DNA from: an uncultured Solirubrobacteraceae bacterium
Lineage (GTDB): Bacteria; Actinomycetota; Thermoleophilia; Solirubrobacterales; Solirubrobacteraceae
DNA length: 46,597 nt
Assembly: GCA_964588985.1 (NCBI GenBank)
Contig: CAZPQW010000025.1
Span: forward strand, 1-46,597
Reading direction: 5' to 3'
The position numbers and the translations under genes were made by a program. Positions 30,036-39,143 of the stretch are shown in pieces; within the stretch, counting starts at the first letter, position 1, and every line of letters begins with the position of its first letter. The notes under the pieces were generated by a model, which was not told where the DNA came from, made no database searches, and saw only the letters and a program-made list of their open reading frames with translations.

Positions 30036-30080
30036 TGGGGGCACCCTACTTTCAAAGCCACTCAAAGCCACAGGCGCCTG

Positions 30081-30096
30081 TGGTAGATTCATACCA
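30081..30096 (+). promoter_or_regulatory. vapBC promoter/operator palindrome
   Basis: TGGTA-GATTCA-TACCA inverted repeat overlaps the -10 TAGATT and the ATG, typical of TA autorepression. Confidence 0.55.
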
Positions 30097-30341
30097 TGAT
30101 CGCAACCATCGACACCGCCGGTCGTATTGTCGTTCCAAAGCGACTTCGTGAGGAGCTCGGTTTCACGCCTGGGCAGCAGCTTGAGCTGAGCGCGGTGGAT
30201 GGGAGGCTCGAGGTCGAGCATCCAACAACACCCATGCGCCTAGAGAAGCGCAAGGGTCGATTGGTGGCTGTCGCGGATCGTCCTATGCCTGAGCTCACGT
30301 CCGAGATCGTGCGTGAGACTCTCGAACAGATTCGCCGGTGA
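30096..30341 (+). CDS. vapB: AbrB/MazE-type antitoxin
   Basis: TIDTAGRIVVPKRLREELG swapped-hairpin motif; GTGA overlap with the PIN gene. Confidence 0.9.
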   Translation: MIATIDTAGRIVVPKRLREELGFTPGQQLELSAVDGRLEVEHPTTPMRLEKRKGRLVAVADRPMPELTSEIVRETLEQIRR

Positions 30342-30742
30342 CGCCCGACAGCAGCGTCGTGATTGCTGCCTTCGCTAGCTGGAACCAACACCATGAGGCA
30401 GCTGTAGAGGCGCTGAGCCAACACGGGGTCGTGGACCTTCTTGCCCACGCGGAGCTCGAGTCCTACTCCGTCCTCACCCGTCTGCCAGAGCCATTTAGGG
30501 CAGAGCCCACACTCGTCGCGGAGTATCTGCACAGCGACTATCCCGGCAGCCGTATGGTGCTCCCCGAGCGTGAGCGGCGGAGGCTGCTCAGGAGGCTGGC
30601 ATCCCTCTCGATCTCTGGTGGTGCTGTCTACGACGCCATGGCGGCGGCCACCGCAACTCATCACGGGCATGGCCTCCTGAGCTGCGATCGTCGCGCTGCA
30701 TCGGTTTACAGCCGACTCGACGCAGAGGTCACCTACCTCTGA
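30338..30742 (+). CDS. vapC: PIN-domain toxin
   Basis: Acidic PIN residues in DSSV, ELESYSVLTR, GGAVYDA, SCDRRA. Confidence 0.9.
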   Translation: MTPDSSVVIAAFASWNQHHEAAVEALSQHGVVDLLAHAELESYSVLTRLPEPFRAEPTLVAEYLHSDYPGSRMVLPERERRRLLRRLASLSISGGAVYDAMAAATATHHGHGLLSCDRRAASVYSRLDAEVTYL

Positions 30743-30744
30743 GC

Positions 30745-31857
30745 ATGCGCGTCCACGTAGTAGATCCCTCCGCCTTCACCCCGCCCTACGACCACGCCCT
30801 GTGCAGCGCCCTCGGCGCGGAGGGGGCGGACGTGGAGCTGTACACGAGCCGCTTCGCCTACGGCCCGGTCGCTCCCGCCTACGGCTACGTCCGCCGCGAG
30901 GCCTTCTACAGAATCGCCGCCCGCATCCACGACCCACGCGCCCGTCGCGCGGTGAAGCTCGCGGAGCACGTGCCCGACATGCTGCGCTATCGACGCGCGG
31001 CGCGCGCGGCCGACGTTGTGCACTTCCAGTGGCTCACGGTCCAGCACCTCGACGGGCGTCTGCTGCCCACCGACAGGCCGCTCGTCCTCACCGCGCACGA
31101 CGTGCTCCCACGCGAGCCGCGCCCCGGCCAGCGCGCCGCGCAGAAGCGCCTCTACAGCCGCTTTGACGGGGTGATCGTGCACTCCGAGCACGGCCGCGCG
31201 CGGCTGATCGGCGAGCTGGGTATCGACGCGGCGCGCGTGCACGTGATCCCGCACGGGACGTTCGAGCACCTCGCCGTCGACACACCCACGCCCGCGGGTG
31301 TGCCGGCGCCGTTCCATACGGACAAGCCGGTGGTGCTGTGCTTCGGTCTGATGCGCCCCTACAAGGGCATCGACCTGCTGCTCGAAGCATGGGAGGGCAT
31401 CGAGGACGCGGAGCTGTGGGTGGCGGGGATGCCGCGCATGGACATCTCCGCGCTGCGCGCCAGCGCGCCCGCGGGGGTGCGCTTCGTGCCGCGCTTCATC
31501 GGCGACGACGAGCTGCCGGCGTACTTCCGGCGCGCCGACCTCGTGGTGCTGCCGTACCGCGAGATCGACCAGTCCGGCGTGCTGTTCACAGCGCTCGCGT
31601 TCCGCAAGCCGCTGCTGCTCAGCGACGTGGGCGGCTTTCCCGAGGTGGCAGCCACGGGCGCCGCGCGCACCTTCCCCGCCGGCGACGCCGCGGCGCTCCA
31701 CCGCGAGCTGCGCGAGCTGATCGGCGACCCCGCGGCGCTGGCCGAGCTGACCGAGCATGCGCGCGCCGCGGCTGAGGGCGCCTACTCGTGGCGCTCGATC
31801 GCTCGCCGGACACTCGAGCTGTACGACACGCTGATCGAGCAGCACGGCGCACGATGA
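30745..31857 (+). CDS. GT4 glycosyltransferase
   Basis: HFQW, LTAHD, FGLMRPYKG, DLVVLPY...QSGV, SDVGG. Confidence 0.92.
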   Translation: MRVHVVDPSAFTPPYDHALCSALGAEGADVELYTSRFAYGPVAPAYGYVRREAFYRIAARIHDPRARRAVKLAEHVPDMLRYRRAARAADVVHFQWLTVQHLDGRLLPTDRPLVLTAHDVLPREPRPGQRAAQKRLYSRFDGVIVHSEHGRARLIGELGIDAARVHVIPHGTFEHLAVDTPTPAGVPAPFHTDKPVVLCFGLMRPYKGIDLLLEAWEGIEDAELWVAGMPRMDISALRASAPAGVRFVPRFIGDDELPAYFRRADLVVLPYREIDQSGVLFTALAFRKPLLLSDVGGFPEVAATGAARTFPAGDAAALHRELRELIGDPAALAELTEHARAAAEGAYSWRSIARRTLELYDTLIEQHGAR

Positions 31858-33035
31858 CCGTTGCGCTGGAGATCGTTTTTTGGATGGCGTGCGCGCTGGT
31901 CGTCTGGACGCAGCTCGGCTACGCGGCCGCTCTATCCCTGATCGCCCGTGCGCGGGCGGACACCCCTGAATCGCCGCCCGCACGCCCGAGCGAAGCTCCT
32001 AAAAAGCTTTCACCGCCCTTCCTGTCGCTGATCGTGGCTGCGCACGACGAGCAGTCGGTGATCGCCGCCAAGGTCGCCAACGCTCTCGCGCTCGACTATC
32101 CGCGCGAGCTGCTGCAGGTGATCGTCGCGTGCGACGGCTGCTCCGATGCGACCGCCGAGAGCGCGCGCGAGGCCGGCGCGGACCTCGTGCTCGACCTGCC
32201 GCGCGGCGGCAAGATCCGCGCGCAGGACGCCGCCGTCGAGCGGGCCACGGGCGAGATCGTCGCTTTCTCCGACGCCAACGCGCTGTGGGAGCCCGACGCC
32301 GCCCGCGTGCTCGTCGCCGCGTTCGAGGACCCGCGCGTGGGCTACGCCTGCGGGCAGGTGCGCTTCGTGCAGGCCGCAACCGGCGATGGCGCTCCCGCTC
32401 TCCCCAACCAGGAGGGCGTGTACTGGCGCTACGAGATGGCCGTGCGTTCGTACGAGTCGAAGCTCAGCTCGATCACCGCCGGCAACGGCGCCATCTACGC
32501 CACCCGCCGCGACTCCTACATCGTGGTCGACCCGATCATGGGCCACGACCTGTCGCTGCCGTTCAACATCGTCAAGCGCGGCCTGCGCGCCGTGTACGTT
32601 CCCGCCGCGCGCGCCAGCGAGAAGATGGTGCCCTCGATCGGCGGCGAGTTCGCTCGCAAGCGGCGCATGATGAGCCACACCTGGCCCATCCTCCTGCGCG
32701 GCGGCATGCTCGACCCGCGCGGCTACACGCCCGGCTACGCGCTCATGATCGTCTCCCACCGCCTGCTGCGCTACGCAGCCCCGTTCCTGCACGCGATCGC
32801 GATCGCCGCCAACGTGGTCCTCGTCGCACGCGGAGCCGGCGCGCTCTACACCGTCGCGCTCGCGCTCCAGCTCGCCCTGCTCGCCGCCGCCGCCCTCGCC
32901 GGCGTCGTTCGCTCACGTCCGCTGCTGATCGCTCGCTACTACGTGCTCACCACCGCCTCGCCCGCCGCCGGGCTGTGGGACTGGCTGACGCACGGGACGG
33001 AGGCGTCCTGGGAGGCCGCGGAGGGTACCCGCTGA
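31854..33035 (+). CDS. Membrane GT2 glycosyltransferase
   Basis: N-terminal TM, CDGCSD, FSDAN, YWRYE, GAIYA, EFARKRR, C-terminal TMs. ATGA overlap. Confidence 0.92.
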   Translation: MTVALEIVFWMACALVVWTQLGYAAALSLIARARADTPESPPARPSEAPKKLSPPFLSLIVAAHDEQSVIAAKVANALALDYPRELLQVIVACDGCSDATAESAREAGADLVLDLPRGGKIRAQDAAVERATGEIVAFSDANALWEPDAARVLVAAFEDPRVGYACGQVRFVQAATGDGAPALPNQEGVYWRYEMAVRSYESKLSSITAGNGAIYATRRDSYIVVDPIMGHDLSLPFNIVKRGLRAVYVPAARASEKMVPSIGGEFARKRRMMSHTWPILLRGGMLDPRGYTPGYALMIVSHRLLRYAAPFLHAIAIAANVVLVARGAGALYTVALALQLALLAAAALAGVVRSRPLLIARYYVLTTASPAAGLWDWLTHGTEASWEAAEGTR

Positions 33036-33210
33036 GAAGTTGAAAACAAAATGCGCGGCCACGCGGCCGGGACAGCCCGCCGCAGACACGTTTCGTCCGC
33101 TATTTGCAGCATTAACGGCCAACTTCACAGGATCTTCACCCCATGACGCTTACATTCATGCCCGCACCCGCGCAGGCTGCGGGACGGGAAGGCAAGCGAG
33201 GGGGAGCACA

Positions 33211-33459
33211 GTGTCCCACCAATCTCACGGTCGTCGCAGCGAACCGCTGAGCCGGACGGTCGCCGAACGCGCCGAAGAGGCGCGGCTCGAAGACGCCCGC
33301 GAACACGAGGAGCGGATTCGCTCCAGGCGCGAACTGGGCCTCGAGCTGTCCCCGCCGTCGTGTCGCCTGCATGGCAACAACCCGGCCACGTGCCCGCTCT
33401 GCAGGGACTGGACGGTCGCGCGCCACGTGGGCGTAGACCTCCACACGCGTGCCGCGTAG
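33211..33459 (+). CDS. Small hypothetical protein with CxxH-x6-CxxC motif
   Basis: SD GGGGAG before GTG 33211. Charged helix then CRLHGNNPATCPLC. Confidence 0.5.
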   Translation: MSHQSHGRRSEPLSRTVAERAEEARLEDAREHEERIRSRRELGLELSPPSCRLHGNNPATCPLCRDWTVARHVGVDLHTRAA

Positions 33460-33540
33460 CGGCCTCGGCTGAGAACCTGTTTTGACCCCGACGCGCCGTC
33501 CGGGGGGTGTCCCGCGTCGGCAAGCGGCACAATCCGCCCG

Positions 33541-34134
33541 GTGATCCGCCGCGCCGTCGACATCGTCGCCTCCTCGCTCGCGCTGCTCGTCAGCTCTCCC
33601 GTGCTTGCCCTCGCCGCACTGGTGATACGCCTCGAGAGTCCCGGAGGCGTCATCTACCGCCAGGGTCGCGTCGGCCTGGAAGGCCACCCGTTCGACGTGA
33701 TCAAGCTGCGCACGATGGTCGACGGCGCCGAGCACAAAGGCGCCGGGCTGGCCGTCAACGTCAACGACTCCCGCATCACACGCGTGGGCGCGCTGCTGCG
33801 CAGGACGTCCCTGGACGAGCTGCCCAACCTGCTCAACGTGCTGCGCGGCGAGATGTCTCTGATCGGCCCGCGGCCGACGCTGCCGATCCAGGTGGAGCAG
33901 TACACCGAGCGCCAGCGCGGACGGCTCGCGATCAAGCCCGGGATCACCGGCTGGGCGCAGGTCAACGGGCGGGCGTCGCTGCCGTGGTCGGAGCGGATCG
34001 AGCTCGACCTCTGGTACATCGAGCACCGCTCGCTCGCCCTCGACCTGAAGATCCTGTGGCGCACCGTCGCGATGGTGCTCGGCGGCTCGGGCCTCTACAA
34101 GGGCGCCGCAGGCGGCTGGGAGGGGAAGCTGTGA
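33541..34134 (+). CDS. Priming sugar transferase (PglC/WcaJ-like phosphoglycosyl transferase)
   Basis: IRRAVDI, KLRTM, DSRITRVG, RRTSLDELP, MSLIGPRP, KPGITGWAQVNGR. Confidence 0.94.
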   Translation: MIRRAVDIVASSLALLVSSPVLALAALVIRLESPGGVIYRQGRVGLEGHPFDVIKLRTMVDGAEHKGAGLAVNVNDSRITRVGALLRRTSLDELPNLLNVLRGEMSLIGPRPTLPIQVEQYTERQRGRLAIKPGITGWAQVNGRASLPWSERIELDLWYIEHRSLALDLKILWRTVAMVLGGSGLYKGAAGGWEGKL

Positions 34135-35132
34135 CCAGTCCTCCCGCCATCCTGCTGACCGGCGCGGGCAAGCGCTACGACATCGTCTCGTGCTTCGCGC
34201 GGCTCACCAACACGATCGTCGCCGACCCGTCGCCGCTCGCGCCAGCCCAGTACGCGGCGCACGTGCGGGTAGCGGTGCCGCTGATCGCGGACCCCGACTA
34301 CATCCCTGCACTGGAAAGTCTGTGCGAGCAGCACGGCGTGGGCGCGGTGCTGCCGCTCACCGACCTCGACATCGAGGTGCTCGCTCGCGCTCGCGAGGAA
34401 GGCCGCCTGCCCGCGCTCGGGCCCTCCTCGGAGATCGCGCGCGCCACCTACGACAAGTACGAGACCCACCTGCTGCTGCAGCGCCACTCGCTGCCCTCGC
34501 CGCCCACCGTCCTGCCCGACGACGACCTCGACGCGCTCCACTACCCGGTCATGGTCAAGCCTCGGCGCGGCTCCGGCGCACGCTCCATCCACCTCGCCCA
34601 CGACGCCCGGCAGGCGCGCTTCTTCGTCGACTACGTCGACGAGCCGACGATGGTGCAGCGCGCGATGAACGGCCCCGAGATCTCGATCGACTGCCTCGGC
34701 GACCGCGACGGGCGCTGCCTCAACGCGATCCCCAGGAGCATGCTCGAGTCGCGCGGAGGAGAGTCCATCAAGGGCCAGGTCATCCGCGACGAGGAGCTGA
34801 TCGAGCTGGGCCGGCACACGATGGAGACCCTGCGCGTATACGGCCCCGCCACCATCCAGGTGTTCCGCGACCCCGAAGTCGGCCTCGGCATCACCGACGT
34901 GAACACGCGCTTCGGCGGCGCCTTTCCCGCTCCCGTATACGCCGCCCCGCCGGGGCGCACCTACCCCGAGCTGATCGTGCGCATGGCCGCCGGGGAGACC
35001 GTCGAGCCGCACGTCGGTGAGTTCCGGGAGGGCGTCACGTTCACCCGCTACTACTGGCAGTTGGAGCTGGACGAGCGCCACCGGCCCACCGGGCGAGACA
35101 TCGTTCCCGGCGGGCCGCCCGCGCCTCGCTGA
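34131..35132 (+). CDS. ATP-grasp protein of the polysaccharide-locus type
   Basis: GTGA overlap at 34131. ILLTGAGKR, PLTDLDI, DKYET, VKPRRGSGA, DVNTRFGG. Confidence 0.85.
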   Translation: MTSPPAILLTGAGKRYDIVSCFARLTNTIVADPSPLAPAQYAAHVRVAVPLIADPDYIPALESLCEQHGVGAVLPLTDLDIEVLARAREEGRLPALGPSSEIARATYDKYETHLLLQRHSLPSPPTVLPDDDLDALHYPVMVKPRRGSGARSIHLAHDARQARFFVDYVDEPTMVQRAMNGPEISIDCLGDRDGRCLNAIPRSMLESRGGESIKGQVIRDEELIELGRHTMETLRVYGPATIQVFRDPEVGLGITDVNTRFGGAFPAPVYAAPPGRTYPELIVRMAAGETVEPHVGEFREGVTFTRYYWQLELDERHRPTGRDIVPGGPPAPR

Positions 35133-35190
35133 GCGGCTCTCGCGCACAAGTGGCTCGACCGCTTGCGTCGTAGGGCTAGAATTCCTCTCA

Positions 35191-36261
35191 GTGGCCACGC
35201 TGCTAGCCGATTCGCCGCCCGCGCAGTCCGACGAGCCGAAGGCACCGGACGCGCCCTCTGTCGCGCCGCAGGCGCCGCTCAACGGCAACGGCGCCGCCCC
35301 GGCATCCGCCGCGCCCGTCATGGTCGTCGCGGCGGAGTCCCCGCTCGCGTGCACCCGCTGCTCCGCGCCGATGGCGCCCGGGCAGGACTGGTGCCTGCAG
35401 TGCGGGGCCGGCGCGCCCGGTAGCATCGGCACGCCCGGCTGGCGCTCCGCCGCCACGCTCCTCACGGCCACCGCCGTCCTCGCCGTGGGCGCCGCCGCGG
35501 CCGCCTACGCGGCGCTCAGCAAAGGCACCCCCGCCACGCACATGGTGACAACCACCGTCGCCCAGGCCACGACGCCCGCGACCACCGTGCCGCCAGCCGG
35601 CACCGTCAACCCGCTCGGGGGCACGTCCACCGTCCAGCCGCTGATCCACTCCAAAGTCAAACCGCCCAAAATCCCCATCGTCGCCTCCAAAATCCCGCAG
35701 CAGACGACGACCACTCCCACCAACACCACCGGGTCGAAAACCACCACCACGCCCACGAGCACCAACAACGGCGGCGGCACCGAACCGAAACCCGTTGCGA
35801 TCGTCCTCGACACCAACGCCGCGTCCACGTACAACCCCTACAACTACCCCGCGAGCGACTTCGGCGATCCGAGCCTCACGATCGACGGCGACACCTCCAC
35901 CGCGTGGGACGCGCAGGTGGAGCCGGCGAAGGCGCCCAACATGGCCGAGGGCCTGCTCGTCGACCTGAAGGCGAGGGAGAAGCTCGGCTCGCTCAACATC
36001 GTCACCTCGACCCCCGGCATGGTCGTCCAGATCTACGGCACCAACAGCCAGACCGCGCCCACGTCGATCACCGACACCGCGTGGGTGCCCCTCAGCCACG
36101 CGCGAGTGCTCAAGAAGAAGCACGCGCACATCGTGCTCAAAGACTCCACCAAGGCGTTCAACTTCATCACCGTGTGGATCAGCAAGGCGCCCCCGACGTC
36201 CACCGCCGAAGCGCCCGGCCACGTGAGCGTCAACGAAGTCGAACTGTTCCCCGCCAAATAG
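35191..36261 (+). CDS. Zinc-ribbon + TM + Thr-rich linker + discoidin-like membrane protein
   Basis: CTRC...WCLQCG, TM helix, Thr/Pro linker, C-terminal beta-sandwich. TAGAAT lies 8 nt before GTG 35191. Confidence 0.72.
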   Translation: MATLLADSPPAQSDEPKAPDAPSVAPQAPLNGNGAAPASAAPVMVVAAESPLACTRCSAPMAPGQDWCLQCGAGAPGSIGTPGWRSAATLLTATAVLAVGAAAAAYAALSKGTPATHMVTTTVAQATTPATTVPPAGTVNPLGGTSTVQPLIHSKVKPPKIPIVASKIPQQTTTTPTNTTGSKTTTTPTSTNNGGGTEPKPVAIVLDTNAASTYNPYNYPASDFGDPSLTIDGDTSTAWDAQVEPAKAPNMAEGLLVDLKAREKLGSLNIVTSTPGMVVQIYGTNSQTAPTSITDTAWVPLSHARVLKKKHAHIVLKDSTKAFNFITVWISKAPPTSTAEAPGHVSVNEVELFPAK

Positions 36262-36280
36262 GCGGCCTCGACGGCCAGAG

Positions 36281-37198
36281 CTAGCTGGCGCCGGTGCGCG
36301 TGCGCTTGGCCGCGGGGCGTTTCGTGCGTGCTTTGCGCGGCGTCTCCCACAGCTCGTCCAGGAACGCCGCGATCTCGTTCGTCAGCCGCTCCTTCTGGAC
36401 GCGCAGCTCAACCAGCGAGTTCGCTTCCAAGAGGCGCGCGTTTGGCATCTCCTGCGCGAGCATGCCCGCGTCGGAGAACGGGTGCACGGGATCGCGCGGA
36501 TGCCCGAGCACGAGCGCGGGCGTCTGAAACGTTTTGCGCTCGCTGCGCGGCGGCGCGATGCGCCCGAAGAACAAGCCCTGCAGCAGCGCCCCCCCCGGCC
36601 CCGGCTCCTGGCGCACGAGATCGAGCAGCACGTTTCCATAGTGGGGCAGCAGGCGACGCGGCACCGCTCGCGTGACGCGCGAGACGACCTTCATCACCGG
36701 CTCACCGAACGTCAACGCCACCAGCAGCGGCGTGAACGTGAGCGCGCTGCCGAGCAGGCCGTTGTCGAGCACCGGCATCTCGATCACCATGCCGCGCAGC
36801 CGCTCCGGCCTGCTCGAGGCCACCTCCAGCGCGGCGTTCGCGCCGAGCGAGGTGCCCATCACGGCCGCCTGCTCGATGTTCAGGTGGTCCATCAGCGCGA
36901 CCACCTCCCTGCCGTAGGTCGCCATCGAGTAGCGCCACATGTCGCGCGGGCGGTCGGACTTGCCGTGCCCGAGCAGGTCGAGCGTGATCACGCGGTTGCC
37001 GCGCGCCGCCAGGTCTTCGGCCAGCGGACGGTGCATCTCCTGTGAGAGCAGCAGCCCGTGCAGCAGGATCAACGGCCGTGTGCTCGCCGGCGCGCTCTTC
37101 GCCGTCCGCCCGCGCACGCCGTTCTTCGTGACCGCGGCCGGGCCGCCACCGAACTCGGTGTAGGCGATGCGCTGCCCTTCGAACTCAAAGAACGGCAT
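36281..37198 (-). CDS. Alpha/beta hydrolase
   Basis: LLHGLL, DLLGHGKSD, nucleophile elbow GTSLG. ATG at 37198. Confidence 0.88.
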   Translation of the reverse strand: MPFFEFEGQRIAYTEFGGGPAAVTKNGVRGRTAKSAPASTRPLILLHGLLLSQEMHRPLAEDLAARGNRVITLDLLGHGKSDRPRDMWRYSMATYGREVVALMDHLNIEQAAVMGTSLGANAALEVASSRPERLRGMVIEMPVLDNGLLGSALTFTPLLVALTFGEPVMKVVSRVTRAVPRRLLPHYGNVLLDLVRQEPGPGGALLQGLFFGRIAPPRSERKTFQTPALVLGHPRDPVHPFSDAGMLAQEMPNARLLEANSLVELRVQKERLTNEIAAFLDELWETPRKARTKRPAAKRTRTGAS

Positions 37199-37292
37199 GA
37201 GATCAACACTACACCCACCGGCGTGCATTTCCAGCCCCGGCGCGCTAGCTTTGGCTGGCCAACTTAATTCCGCAGCCACCCAGGAGGGACCC

Positions 37293-38207
37293 ATGGCCAA
37301 GCAGCCCCGCATCCTCGCCGGAGAGACCGCCGCCATCACCGGCGCAGCACGCGGGATCGGCCGCGCCACCGCCGAAGCGTTCCTGCGCCAGGGCATGAAG
37401 GTGGCGATCGGCGACGTCGACGTCGCCGCCGCCCGCCAGACCGCCTCCGAGCTCGGCGCCAGCACCATCGCCCTGCCGCTCGACGTCACCGACCGCGCCT
37501 CGTTCACCGCGTTCCTCGACGGCGCCGAGGAGCAGCTCGGGCCGATCGACGTGCTCGTCAACAACGCCGGGATCATGCAGATCGGGCGCTTCATCGACGA
37601 GGACGACCTCACCGCGCGGCGGATGGTCGACATCAACATCCACGGTGTGATCCTCGGGATGAAGATCGCGCTCGAGCGCATGATCCCCCGCGACCGCGGC
37701 CACATCGTCAACATCTCCTCGCAGGCCGGCAAGTACGGCTCGCCCGGCGGCGCCACCTACTCCGCCACCAAGCACGCCGTCGTCGGACTCACCGAGGCCG
37801 TGCGCGGCGAGCTGCACCTGATGGGCGCGCACGTCGACCTCAGCTACGTGATGCCGTTCGTCGTCAACACCGAGCTCGGCGGCGGTCTCGGCACCGCGCG
37901 CGGGATGAGCAACCTCGAGCCCTCCGACGTGGCCGACGCGATCGTCGAGGCGCTGCAGCTCCGCACGGTGGACGTGTGGGTGCCGAAGTCCGCCAAGCGC
38001 ACCAACGCGCTCGGCGCGGTGCTCCCACGCGCTCTCTCCGAGGGCATGGCGCGGGCGATGAAGGCCGACCGCGTGCTCGCCGGCGCGGACCTCAACAGCC
38101 GTCGCGAGTACGAGCTGCGCGCCGCGCGCTCCGAGCCCGGCCTCGAGCCCGCACCCGAGCAGCCGCAGCTCGTGCCGGCGGCCGCTGGCGAGGACGGCGA
38201 GGAGTAG
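37293..38207 (+). CDS. SDR family oxidoreductase
   Basis: TGAARGIG, NNAG, YSATK; SD AGGAGG before ATG 37293. Confidence 0.93.
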   Translation: MAKQPRILAGETAAITGAARGIGRATAEAFLRQGMKVAIGDVDVAAARQTASELGASTIALPLDVTDRASFTAFLDGAEEQLGPIDVLVNNAGIMQIGRFIDEDDLTARRMVDINIHGVILGMKIALERMIPRDRGHIVNISSQAGKYGSPGGATYSATKHAVVGLTEAVRGELHLMGAHVDLSYVMPFVVNTELGGGLGTARGMSNLEPSDVADAIVEALQLRTVDVWVPKSAKRTNALGAVLPRALSEGMARAMKADRVLAGADLNSRREYELRAARSEPGLEPAPEQPQLVPAAAGEDGEE

Positions 38208-38214
38208 GGCTTAC

Positions 38215-39096
38215 TCAGCCGGAGGTGAGCCAGTCTGCGATCAGGGCGCCGATCAGCGGCCCCTGATCCTCCTGCAGGAAGTGGCTCGCGTCCTCGATCG
38301 TGCGCGGCTTCTCGCGCCCGATCGACTCCGCGAACCGCTCGCCCGTCGCCAGCGGCAGCACAGGATCCGAGTCCGCCCACATCATCAGCGTGGGGCGCCT
38401 GTCCGCGCGCAGCGCGTCGATCACGCTCTGGCCCTCCTCAGCGCCCGGGGCGTCCGGTGTCTGCGGGATCAGCAGCGGGAACGCTCGCGCGCCCGCCTTC
38501 GACGCGGAGTCCGGATACGGCGCTTCGTAGGCCGCGATCACGTCGTCGCCGGGGTCGTTCTTGCACGCGCCGCGCACGAGGAAGCCCACCGGCAGATCCT
38601 CCGTGCGCGCCACGAAGTCGCGGAACGCGAGCCACGCGTCGCTCATCTTCTGGTGGCCGTTGAACAGGCCCGTGTCCATGATCACGATCCGGTCGATCCG
38701 CTCCGCCTGCTCGATCGCGAGGCGCAGGCCGATCGGCCCGCCCCAGTCGTGGACCACGATCGTCGCGCCGCGCACGTCGAGGTCCTCCAGCAGCGAGCCC
38801 GCGAGCGCCACATGGCGGTCGTAGGAGTAGAAGTCGATGTCCGTCGGCTTGTCCGAGCGCCCGAAGCCAACCAGGTCGGGCGCCAGGCAGCGAAAGCCCG
38901 CGTCGCGCACCGGCGGGATCACCTTGCGCCACAGGAACGACCATGTGGGCTCGCCGTGCAGGAACACCACCGGCGCTCCCTCGCCCTCGTCCAGGTGAGC
39001 CAGACGCAGGCCGTCGACCTCACGGAAGTGGGACACGAACGGGAAGTCCGGCAGTCCCTCGAGCGCCTCCTCGGGCGTGCGAACCACGTCGGCCAT
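38215..39096 (-). CDS. Haloalkane dehalogenase (DhlA/DhmA-like)
   Basis: LHGEPTWS, GFGRSDKP, nucleophile HDWGG, AYEAPYP, HFLQED. Confidence 0.9.
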   Translation of the reverse strand: MADVVRTPEEALEGLPDFPFVSHFREVDGLRLAHLDEGEGAPVVFLHGEPTWSFLWRKVIPPVRDAGFRCLAPDLVGFGRSDKPTDIDFYSYDRHVALAGSLLEDLDVRGATIVVHDWGGPIGLRLAIEQAERIDRIVIMDTGLFNGHQKMSDAWLAFRDFVARTEDLPVGFLVRGACKNDPGDDVIAAYEAPYPDSASKAGARAFPLLIPQTPDAPGAEEGQSVIDALRADRRPTLMMWADSDPVLPLATGERFAESIGREKPRTIEDASHFLQEDQGPLIGALIADWLTSG

Positions 39097-39143
39097 CAGC
39101 TCACGCAGCATACCCGGCACCTCATCGGCTAGGCTCGCGCCCG

